Below are positions 9,601 to 16,659 of a stretch of 64,000 bases of DNA, one piece after another (the stretch's first letter is position 1; each line of letters starts with the position of its first letter). The position numbers and the translations under genes are program-made. The notes below the pieces were generated by a model. That model was not told where the DNA came from, ran no database searches, and was given only the letters and a program-made list of their open reading frames with translations. Origin of the DNA: Chloroflexota bacterium (lineage in GTDB: Bacteria; Chloroflexota; UBA11872; VXOZ01); NCBI GenBank assembly GCA_963662335.2, contig CAXXVD010000002.1, positions 672,001-736,000 of the forward strand, read 5' to 3'.

Positions 9601-10137
9601 CATCCCTCCGAAGCGGCGCAAACCCTCGCGGCCTCCGCCGCTCGCGGCCGCCAACTGGCCGCGCTCCTCGACTCCGACACCCCCGTGCCCGGCGTCACCA
9701 CCGGCGACCTACGGCCCGAAATCAGCGCCATCGCCGTACCCGCCACCACCGGCAACCGCAACATGACCGCCGCCGACTTCGCCCTCACCGCCGGCTGGGG
9801 CCACTTCGGCAGCGCCCAAGCCGTCATGCCCGGCCAAGGCAAAGCCACCGAACGCCCCTACACCCCCGCCGAGCGCGAGGCCCTCGGCAACTCCGTCACT
9901 ATCCTCGGCGAGACCACCTACGACATCCACCTCAACGACCGCGCCTACTGGCAAAACGTCCCCGCCAACGTCTGGCGCTACAAACTCGGCGGCTACCAAG
10001 TCCTCAAGAAATGGCTTTCCTACCGCGAACAACCCGTCCTAGGCCGCCCCCTGAAGCCGGAAGAAGTGCAACACTTCACCGACACCGCCCGCCGGATTGC
10101 CGCTATACTAGACTTAGCAAGTTCTGACGTTTTGTAA
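6628..10137 (+). CDS. Single-polypeptide restriction-modification enzyme (Type IIG-like; N6-adenine MTase with Type ISP-like C-terminal specificity domain, no helicase)
   Basis: N-terminal PD-(D/E)xK-like GHPDFG...VVEVK...LVTN. MTase motifs GVWYTP, VLDPCCGTG and GNPPY. C-terminal YAYRPFD and WRYKLGGYQVLKKWLSYRE. Confidence 0.85.
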   Translation: MAASKLITAVETYFAALRQVRASGGATDERSLYPPLAALLDAVGATLKPKIFCVSDMTDQGAGHPDFGLYVKKRSSGSRSSAAPKPNGSDVPERGVVEVKPLHDDAWLTAASDQVSRYWQRYRLVLVTNCRDFVLLGEDAQGRPAKLETFRLAADADEFTQKLQKPRAFARDVGAGLGEYLCRALAHRAALAEPRDLAWLLASYARDGLARVEAAGDAPSLTAVREALEEALGVRFEGNRGAAFFRSTLVQTLFYGVFSAWVLWSRALPPPVGAFDWRTAVWHLRAPVLRALFQQLSDPGRLQPLGLVEVLDWTAAALDRVDRQTFFTRFSEGEAVPYFYEPFLEAFDPALRKQLGVWYTPAEVVRYMVARVDKALKDDLGISDGLAAENVYVLDPCCGTGAFLAETLRRIAENLRSRGLGALAGVKVKEAAKARVFGFEIMPAPFVVAHLQVGLTLQALDAPLADDAPGLAGADDQERPGIFLTNALTGWEPKTQKPLPFPELEQERERAERVKRDAPILVVLGNPPYNGFAGMAVDEERELSTAYRAAKRVRRPEGQGLNDLYVRFFRMAERRIAEKTGQGVVCFISNYSWLDGLSFTGMRERYLEAFDAIRIDNLHGDRIISEYAPDGRTSETVFSIRGKSPGIKIGTSITLLTKRPGSKPKGKHILYRDFDQARADERRQALLDSLNAPTMDSGYANLEPDLRLGLPFKPMAVSDDWFDWPALIDLFPTSYPGVKTSRDSFLVDIDLDRLRARVADYFDAELGHEEIARLYPGVMRSTAGFNAHAVRNALLDRGGPLASGFIRYAYRPFDTRWLYCETESRLLDRPRSEFGPHVFEGNVWFEAREREAQEEFSRGTLIRNLADNFGNGLSSFFPAWLRETGLGADESSVQRVPNLSPAAQRYLQRLNLGVEGLFYHVLAVLHDPAYRAANAGALRMEWPRIPLPGWPELSAADPAVTPAKAGIQEPADTAQPDTSAVASVVPVKTGTHPSEAAQTLAASAARGRQLAALLDSDTPVPGVTTGDLRPEISAIAVPATTGNRNMTAADFALTAGWGHFGSAQAVMPGQGKATERPYTPAEREALGNSVTILGETTYDIHLNDRAYWQNVPANVWRYKLGGYQVLKKWLSYREQPVLGRPLKPEEVQHFTDTARRIAAILDLASSDVL

Positions 10138-10161
10138 GACGGCATATATGGATGCTAGCCA

Positions 10162-10620
10162 ATGAGAAGCTCTGACAAACTCGCGGTATTCTTTTTGATC
10201 GGTCTATCAATCCTGTTGATGTGCTTTCTTGTGTACGCCGCAATTGAACGCACGCTGACCCCAGTTGAGATCATTGCGCTACAGATCATTACACTCTTGG
10301 CAGGAGTCGGAGGATCGTATCTCTTTGGCCGACAATCGGCTCGTGATGCCGGCAGAGAGATGATTGAACCACACGCGCGCTCCGCATTTCGGCGTCTCAC
10401 TTCTCTGTATGAGGGTCTATCGCGCGTGGCAAGGGTCATAGAGGAACCCGATGTTGATGCGGTGAAGTTAAAGGTAGTCAAGGCAATCGTGGCCGAACAG
10501 ATTTCCACGGCCAATGATGCGCTTGCAGATTGGGAAGACGTGGTGCCAGAGTCTGTGGCAGAGTTGACGAGAAAGTTCCGTCGTGCGCCTGAAGAGCGGG
10601 AGGAGCTTAGAAATGGCTGA
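10162..10620 (+). CDS. Hypothetical protein with two N-terminal TM helices
   Basis: 152-aa ORF with two hydrophobic segments then a helical soluble region. Lower GC than core genes. Confidence 0.65.
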   Translation: MRSSDKLAVFFLIGLSILLMCFLVYAAIERTLTPVEIIALQIITLLAGVGGSYLFGRQSARDAGREMIEPHARSAFRRLTSLYEGLSRVARVIEEPDVDAVKLKVVKAIVAEQISTANDALADWEDVVPESVAELTRKFRRAPEEREELRNG

Positions 10621-11077
10621 GATGATTCGCGGGAAAGTTGCGCGCGTCCTCAATTCGCGGGAAGCCGCATTGAACGTGGGGTCCAATGAAGGCGTTTGGA
10701 AAGGCATGCTCTTTGACATACTTGATCCGGCGGGTGACGTAATTAAGGATCCTGACACAGGAGAGTCGTTAGGGTCTATCGAACGTCCAAAAGTGAGAGT
10801 AAAGGTCACGAGAGTACAGGAGAGACTGTCTCTAGTATGTACATACAAGACTGAAAGAGTGAACTTAGGCGGAGTTGGCCCGCCACCACCTTCAGATTAT
10901 TCCTTACTGCTTATGCCACCCAAGTGGGTAACTAAGTACGAGACGCTCAAGACGGAAGAGAAGACCTGGGAAGACCTCGACGAAGAAGCTAGCTACGTGA
11001 AGGTGGGCGACCCGGTGATCCAGGTGCAGCAAGCTGAAGAGGAAGTAGAGGAAGAGATGGAACTGAGCGCTACTTGA
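10613..11077 (+). CDS. Hypothetical beta-rich protein (FlgT C-terminal-like)
   Basis: Start overlaps the upstream stop, with AGGAG RBS. Sequence GKVARVLNSREAALNVGSNEGV...IKDPDTGESLG...VKVGDPV. Confidence 0.6.
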   Translation: MAEMIRGKVARVLNSREAALNVGSNEGVWKGMLFDILDPAGDVIKDPDTGESLGSIERPKVRVKVTRVQERLSLVCTYKTERVNLGGVGPPPPSDYSLLLMPPKWVTKYETLKTEEKTWEDLDEEASYVKVGDPVIQVQQAEEEVEEEMELSAT

Positions 11078-11189
11078 CACCACACAGAGCGCCTGCAAGA
11101 CTGCCACTTTCGAACCACTTGGACTATAGTGTTGCCCCCTTCGGCGCCAGCCAGGCAGCCTTCGACGTGCTCGGCAATCGCCACGCCGC

Positions 11190-11345
11190 CAAGTACGGTT
11201 CTCCTACTGCGAACACACAATCCTCAACTGCCCCTTCAGAACGGTAGTCGTGCAACACTTCACCGACACCGTCAGGCGCATCGGGGCTATACTAGAGATG
11301 GGTTGTTCAACGGACTCTTACAAGCTCACAAAGAAACAAGGCTAG
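11190..11345 (+). pseudogene. Relic 3' end of a second copy of the RM gene
   Basis: 22-bp identity GTGCAACACTTCACCGACACCG (11250-11271 vs 10066-10087). Translates SYCEHTILNCPFRTVVVQHFTDTVRRIGAILE vs SYREQPVLGRPLKPEEVQHFTDTARRIAAILD. Confidence 0.75.
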
Positions 11346-11349
11346 AACT

Positions 11350-12177
11350 ATGCGCGTTTTCATCAGTCACTGCAGTCTCGACGAAGAGGTGACTGAAGTC
11401 CTTGTCGATCTTCTTCGACAGGCATTGAATCTGAGAAGTGAAGACATACGATGTACTAGCCTTGACGGTTACCGCCTGCCTGGTGGTGCAATTACGAGCG
11501 AGGCCCTTCGGAAAGAGGTGAACGAAGCGGCTTTGGTCATCGGGCTAATAACCCCCAATTCTATCAAGTCGGCCTACGTACTCTTTGAGCTAGGCGCGCG
11601 CTGGGGCATGGAGAAAGATATGATTCCTCTACTTGCTTCCGGCACGAAACCAGAAAACCTGGAAGGACCGCTTAAGGACATCAATGCGCTGGACTGTTCC
11701 GAAGATGGCCAGGTCCATCAGTTGATAGAAGATGCGGCGAAGTATCTGAAGTGCCAACCAGATTCTGCGAGTTCGTATTCAAGTCCAATTAAGAAGCTAA
11801 TGGGCGCATCATCAAAGGTCTTGCACAGCGGAATGCACGTCGTTACCAATAGCGAAGATCAATTGGCCCAGTCACCATCGACTAATCCTGAGGTTCCAGC
11901 ACTCACGGAGGAAGCTAAGCTTCTATTGATCAAAGCCTCCAATGACAGGCACGGAAGAATTCTAAAAGTTACGACCCAAGGCGGTACGCGAGTCTCTACT
12001 GATGGAGAAGAGTTCACGGATGGCAGCCCTCGCTCAGAAGCCTTATGGGAAGGGGCACTTGCGCAACTCGTTGAATACAGTCTTATTGAAGATACGGGGA
12101 GTGGACAGGTGTTCAAATTGACACACGAAGGGTACACTGCCGCTGACAAGATTAAGGCAGCCGGGAGCCCTGACTGA
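11350..12177 (+). CDS. TIR domain-containing protein with C-terminal winged-helix-like domain
   Basis: MRVFISH start, SAYVLFELGARWG (TIR catalytic Glu position) and IPLL. A low-complexity linker precedes a second domain. Confidence 0.8.
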   Translation: MRVFISHCSLDEEVTEVLVDLLRQALNLRSEDIRCTSLDGYRLPGGAITSEALRKEVNEAALVIGLITPNSIKSAYVLFELGARWGMEKDMIPLLASGTKPENLEGPLKDINALDCSEDGQVHQLIEDAAKYLKCQPDSASSYSSPIKKLMGASSKVLHSGMHVVTNSEDQLAQSPSTNPEVPALTEEAKLLLIKASNDRHGRILKVTTQGGTRVSTDGEEFTDGSPRSEALWEGALAQLVEYSLIEDTGSGQVFKLTHEGYTAADKIKAAGSPD

Positions 12178-12328
12178 TGCTGTCTCCGCGTTGCTACCCA
12201 TGTTAGTTGGCAGTTTGGACCTGTATTGCGAAACGTTATTGCGCATCCGTGCTGTCCCAAAGGCGTGTAAAGAGGATGGTGAGCATTACGATGGTGTACG
12301 TACAGGTAGTGCTTGCATAGAGGTGAAG

Positions 12329-12544
12329 ATGGAAACTTACGAGTTTGTGGGCATCATCGTGACGATAGTGATATCGGCGCTGGGCCTGGTGTGGCGCTTC
12401 GAGACCCGAATTTCGGGCGTTGAGAACCGGCTTGAGAACCGTATCTCTGATGTTGAAAACCGCTTGGGCGAGCGCATATCTCGCATCGAAGGGCTGCTGG
12501 AGGGCTACTTCATGCAGGCGCGGGATACACGAGAGCCGGACTAG
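12329..12544 (+). CDS. Small membrane-anchored coiled-coil protein
   Basis: GAGGTG RBS, N-terminal TM and repeated RISGVENRLENRISDVENRLGERISRIEG. Confidence 0.6.
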   Translation: METYEFVGIIVTIVISALGLVWRFETRISGVENRLENRISDVENRLGERISRIEGLLEGYFMQARDTREPD

Positions 12545-12626
12545 GGCGAACGCCGACAGTCGTCTGCGCTAGGCGCGAGAACGACAGCTTTAGTGAGGAA
12601 CTGCTTCAATAGGAAGTGCCAGAACT

Positions 12627-12658
12627 TGATTAAGCACCGCCCCGGCGGTGCTTAATCA
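12627..12658. terminator. Perfect hairpin between convergent genes
   Basis: TGATTAAGCACCGCC-cc-GGCGGTGCTTAATCA. Confidence 0.6.
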
Positions 12659-12790
12659 CTTTGCGGCAGTAAAAAAGCGATCCTTGAGCGAAATGACACG
12701 ACCATCGGCGTCATCGATGCGCACGACCTTGTAGGAGCGCCTCAGCAGGTCATCGAGGGGCGTCGCCGATAGGGTCTTAGGGCGACCCAA
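12656..12790 (-). pseudogene. C-terminal relic paralogous to the 13326-13631 protein
   Basis: Translates ...LLRRSYKVVRIDDADGRVISLKDRFFTAAK* vs EDRHYKVFRISDVDERVKSIKDRPLDPAE*. Confidence 0.7.
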
Positions 12791-12859
12791 GGGACTACGC
12801 CCAATCTAACTCCCCCCTATTGAAGAATGGCGGCATAGTGGCAAGGACATATTCTTGGT

Positions 12860-13315
12860 TCAGAATTCTCGCAGGCTGTTGAAGTTTACCGCCGCAGCGG
12901 GCTCTTTGCTTGCCGCTTGTCGGTATAGGTCGAGGTCCACGGTAAGCAGTGGAGCCTCTGGCGAAACGACTTCCAGGAGAGCGGCGTCAGTGATTCCTAG
13001 TCGCCTGAACGCCGGGTTCTTGGCGGCAACAGTAGCTGCGACAGCCACTTCCTTGCTTCCATGGATTAAATGCTGTAGTTGGGCGATTAGGCGGGAGCGT
13101 TCCGGGTCTTTGTGCTGCGCGAGCAGATTAGAGGTCTCAGTGAGCGTGTGGGGTGTCACGAATACCTGCTCGACGCCAGCCACTAAGCGGGCTAGCGTGT
13201 CGTAGTCTCTTGCTGTGAATCGGCGCAATCGCTTGTGTTTGGCGATTATGTCTTTACCAGACCTGCCAACGATGAGAAGCAATAGAAGGTTCGAATCGAC
13301 GAATAGACCTGCCAT
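12860..13315 (-). CDS. PIN domain protein (VapC-like)
   Basis: LFVDSNLL, LTETSNL, LGITDAAL and LLTVDLDL acidic PIN motifs. Confidence 0.85.
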   Translation of the reverse strand: MAGLFVDSNLLLLLIVGRSGKDIIAKHKRLRRFTARDYDTLARLVAGVEQVFVTPHTLTETSNLLAQHKDPERSRLIAQLQHLIHGSKEVAVAATVAAKNPAFRRLGITDAALLEVVSPEAPLLTVDLDLYRQAASKEPAAAVNFNSLREF

Positions 13316-13325
13316 TTGCCTTTGG

Positions 13326-13631
13326 TCACTCTGCGGGATCCAGGGGACGATCCTTGATAGACTTTACGCGTTCATCGACATCGCTGATGCGAAAGACTTT
13401 GTAATGCCGATCTTCTGGCGGCTTGCCGCCAAGTGCTGGGGGTATTGGGCTTGTTTCCCAGGACCGCGCGAAACTGATGGTGATTATCCACTCCTCGTAC
13501 TCGTCATCGAAATCGACCTCCTCAAGGCCGACGTAGCTGATCGGTTCGCCAGTGAAGAGTTCCAAGAGATGCTGTTTCGCTGAATTCACCGCTTCTCTAA
13601 CGTCCACTTTGGCCTCCTTCATGTTGTTCAC
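13326..13631 (-). CDS. Hypothetical protein, putative partner/antitoxin of the PIN gene
   Basis: 101 aa, ends 10 bp upstream of the PIN start. Contains VGLEEVDFD...WIITISF...YKVFRI. Confidence 0.65.
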   Translation of the reverse strand: MNNMKEAKVDVREAVNSAKQHLLELFTGEPISYVGLEEVDFDDEYEEWIITISFARSWETSPIPPALGGKPPEDRHYKVFRISDVDERVKSIKDRPLDPAE

Positions 13632-13725
13632 ATAAGGCCATTATAGCGTCATATGCCAAGTAGTAGGAACAGTGAAGCACAGTGGCCGGACTCCTGCTCA
13701 TGCGCATCCGGTCTGCGTAGGGATG

Positions 13726-13866
13726 TCACTTCCTCTTTGGCGGCGGCGGCTTGGTTGCATGCCTGGGTTTGGGCGGGTTGGCAGCGTCGCCTGCCTTAGT
13801 CGACTTTGGGGGCTTGCAATTGGACTTGCCGCGTCTACTTGGCGCGAGGTTTGGTTCTTTAGTCAT
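13726..13866 (-). CDS. Small Pro/Lys-rich peptide (46 aa)
   Basis: Hand translation MTKEPNLAPSRRGKSNCKPPKSTKAGDAANPPKPRHATKPPPPKRK*, with AGGAG upstream. Below the ORF track cutoff. Confidence 0.3.
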   Translation of the reverse strand: MTKEPNLAPSRRGKSNCKPPKSTKAGDAANPPKPRHATKPPPPKRK

Positions 13867-14087
13867 CGTCTAGTCCCCGCTCCTACCACGGTTCAATGGC
13901 AATCCTCAATGTCGTTAGTAAAGGCACTTCCATTCAATGCTTCTCTCCATGCCATTCGTGCTTGGCTGCCGTAACCGAATGCAGTATAGCAAGCTACCGG
14001 CGCCTTCGAGACACTTTGCGATGGTTCACTTAAGCGCAAAAGCACGCTGGACGCAGCGTGCGTGGGTGCGTGCTCTTGCGTTTTCTA

Positions 14088-14162
14088 TGGTGGCGGGGGT
14101 GAGAATCGAACTCACAACCTAGGGCTTATGAGTCCCCCGCTCTACCATTGAGCTACCCCGCC
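14088..14162 (-). tRNA. tRNA-Met (CAT), elongator type, CCA encoded
   Basis: GGCGGGGTAGCTCAATGGTAGAGCGGGGGACTCATAAGCCCTAGGTTGTGAGTTCGATTCTCACCCCCGCCACCA folds as a cloverleaf. Confidence 0.9.
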
Positions 14163-14217
14163 GGGTTGTGCGTCTACCGGGCCAGCCGGTGGGGACTCGG
14201 CGGCTGGCATTGACAAG

Positions 14218-14290
14218 TGGGCCCACCTGGATTCGAACCAGGGACCTTCTCCTTATGAGGGAGCAGCTCTAACCGCTGAGCTATGGGCCC
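14218..14290 (-). tRNA. tRNA with CAT anticodon, probably tRNA-Ile2 (lysidine-modified)
   Basis: GGGCCCATAGCTCAGCGGTTAGAGCTGCTCCCTCATAAGGAGAAGGTCCCTGGTTCGAATCCAGGTGGGCCCA. Ile-like acceptor stem, CCA not encoded. Confidence 0.85.
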
Positions 14291-14541
14291 GTGCCGCGCG
14301 GCGCCGCCACGCGACTCTCTTGCATTATACGGAGCGATTGCCGCCAGCGTCAATTGGGCCGGCGGCGGGCGCGGCCTTTGCCAGACCCGCTGCCACGCGC
14401 CTACGCCCGGCGCAGCGCGCGTGGTACCATGCTGCCAAGCGTTCGGCCCTTGCCGCCGGTTGTGTTTACCGTGAGCGCTCAGTCCACTCCATCACTCAAG
14501 AGGGCGGACCGGAAGGCCCCGCGGCGACGCGAAACGAAGAG

Positions 14542-14565
14542 GCGGGGGACAAGCCCCCGCGCTAC
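14542..14565 (-). repeat. GTAG-type REP
   Basis: gcgggggacaagcccccgcgctac, same family as 5871. Confidence 0.8.
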
Positions 14566-14621
14566 AGCACTTTAGATGCATCGCACAATCCGCGTGAATT
14601 GCAATAGAGGGAGACGTCTCG

Positions 14622-15578
14622 ATGGCACGATTCCTTACCGAAGCGCACGTGCGGCAACTTTTGTCCATGGACGAAGCATTGGCGCAGGTGGAGTCCTGCT
14701 TTCGCGCGTTGGGCGCGGGGCAGGCGCGCAACCAACCGCGCCGCCGCCTGCGGTTGCCGGGGGGCATGTTGCACGTGATGTTCGCCGGGGATCGGGAACT
14801 GGGCGTCTTTGGGCAGAAGGCGTACACCACCACGCCGGGCGGCGCGCGCTTTCTGGTAACGCTCTACAGCGCGGCGGACGGGCGGCCGCTGGCGGTGCTG
14901 GAGGCCGGTCTGCTGGGCGCGATTCGCACCGGCGCCGCCAGCGGCATTGCCACGAAATACCTGGCGCGCCCAGACGCCGCAGTGCTGGGCGTGCTGGGCA
15001 CGGGACTCCAAGCGCCGACGCAGATGCAGGCGGTGTGCGCCGTGCGGCCCATTACGGAGGCGCTGGTCTACAGCCGCAACCCTGAGCGGCGCGCGGCGTT
15101 CGCGCGGGAGATGACGGAATTGCTCGGCATTCCGGTGGCAGCGGCGAGCAGCGCGCAGGAGGCGGCGGAGTCCGCCGACGTGGTGGCGGCGATTACGAGC
15201 AGCAAGCGGCCCGTCTTGGCCGGCGCGTGGCTCAAGCCCGGCGCGCACCTGAACGCCGCCGGCAACAACATGCTGGTGGAGCGCGAGGTGGATACGGATG
15301 TCTTCCGGCGCGCCTGGCTCGTCACGACCGATTCGCTGGAGGGGGCGAAGATCGAGTGCGGCGACCTGCTGGCTGCGGTGGACGTTGGCATCGTGCAATG
15401 GGAAGACGTGATTGAAATCGGCCAGGTGGCGGCGGGACGGCATCCGGTCGCGCACCGTCCGGCCGACGCGATCACGGTCTACGAATCCCAGGGTATCGCC
15501 GCGGAAGACCTCTACGCCGCCGTGCACGTGCTGCGCAAGGCCGAGGCGGCGGGGATTGGCGAGGAATTGCCGTTCTAG
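14622..15578 (+). CDS. Ornithine cyclodeaminase / mu-crystallin family protein
   Basis: IRTGAASGIATKYLAR, GTGLQA Rossmann motif and ESQGIAAED. Confidence 0.9.
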   Translation: MARFLTEAHVRQLLSMDEALAQVESCFRALGAGQARNQPRRRLRLPGGMLHVMFAGDRELGVFGQKAYTTTPGGARFLVTLYSAADGRPLAVLEAGLLGAIRTGAASGIATKYLARPDAAVLGVLGTGLQAPTQMQAVCAVRPITEALVYSRNPERRAAFAREMTELLGIPVAAASSAQEAAESADVVAAITSSKRPVLAGAWLKPGAHLNAAGNNMLVEREVDTDVFRRAWLVTTDSLEGAKIECGDLLAAVDVGIVQWEDVIEIGQVAAGRHPVAHRPADAITVYESQGIAAEDLYAAVHVLRKAEAAGIGEELPF

Positions 15579-15623
15579 CGCGGAATGAATTTGGGCGTGC
15601 TGCCGGAGAGCGCAATCGTTTCG

Positions 15624-15823
15624 CGCAAAGATGCGGGGGACAAGCCCCCGCGCTACGGGCAGACAAGACGGTTTTCGCCTCCTGCCAGTCAACGCAGTCG
15701 CTCCGCGCGAAGATGCGGGGGACAAGCCCCCGCGCTACGGGCAGACAAGACGGTTTTCGCCTCCTGCCAGTCAACGCAGTCGCTCCGCGCAAAGATGCGG
15801 GGGACAAGCCCCCGCGCTACGGG
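15624..15823. repeat. Tandem 82-bp units containing three GTAG REPs
   Basis: ATGCGGGGGACAAGCCCCCGCGCTACGGG at 15631, 15713 and 15795 with near-identical linkers. Confidence 0.9.
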
Positions 15824-15866
15824 CGGCCTAGGGGGTCTCGTCAATCGGCTCTCTGCGCCCAACCCG

Positions 15867-16418
15867 CTAGAGACCCAAGTCTTCTGAGATTCCTTGCAGC
15901 GCCGCCAGGTTCAGGGCCGCGAATTCCGGCAGGGTAAAGCCTATTCCGCTGCACGTCTCGATCTCCTCGCGCTTGGCGGAAGCGGCGAAGGCTTTTTCCT
16001 TGTACTTGCGCATGACGAATTTCGGCGTCACCGAGGCCAGTTTCTTATCGGGGCGCACCAGGGCGCAGGCGATGATGAGGCCGGAGAGGTTATCGCAGGC
16101 GTAGAGCGCCTTGTCCATCAGGCTTTCGCGGGGCACGCCGTGCTCGTCGCTGTGGGCGCGCACGGCGTGGATGACGCGGGGATCGCAGTTTCGCTCTTCC
16201 AGAAGCTTTGCCATCAGCAGCGTGTGCTGGGCCGGATCTTTCTCGGTGGCTTCGTAGTCGGCGTCGTGCATCAGGCCCGCCAAGCCCCACAGGTCTTCAT
16301 CCTCGCCAAAGTGCCGCGCCAGGCCCCGCATACACGCCTCCACCGCCAGGCAGTGCTTCACGAGATTCTTGTTCTTGAGGAGTTCATGAACGAGTTCCAT
16401 GCCTTCTTCACGAGTCAT
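15867..16418 (-). CDS. HD (HDIG) domain phosphohydrolase
   Basis: KHCLAVEACM, GLMHDADYE and ALYACDNLSGLI. Confidence 0.85.
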   Translation of the reverse strand: MTREEGMELVHELLKNKNLVKHCLAVEACMRGLARHFGEDEDLWGLAGLMHDADYEATEKDPAQHTLLMAKLLEERNCDPRVIHAVRAHSDEHGVPRESLMDKALYACDNLSGLIIACALVRPDKKLASVTPKFVMRKYKEKAFAASAKREEIETCSGIGFTLPEFAALNLAALQGISEDLGL

Positions 16419-16659
16419 CGTTTGCGTGCTCCCGCTGTAATGCGTGCCTACCGCTCAGAAAACACCGGAGAAATCCCACTCGTAGTATAGCAAGCGGGAG
16501 CCAACGGCACAGCGATTCGCGCCTGCGCCCATTTGCAGGGAGACGCGCACAGGTGGAGAGCGCGCGGCTATTGGCCGCACCCTGGCGGCAACTGGCAAGA
16601 ATCCCGCTTTCGTTCTACAGTGAATAAGAGGGAGAACGCGCGCAATTGGAGGAATACGT

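Noticed and set aside
6628-10137. Bona fide Type ISP enzyme
   Set aside because: No SF2 helicase/ATPase motifs are visible between nuclease and MTase, so it is better called Type IIG-like.
6100-14162. Prophage or ICE integrated at tRNA-Met
   Set aside because: No integrase, phage structural or conjugation genes, and no duplicated tRNA 3' end found by eye.
15624-15823. Possible CRISPR array (regular palindromic repeats)
   Set aside because: The spacers are identical, the repeat is a dispersed REP found throughout the window, and there are no cas genes.
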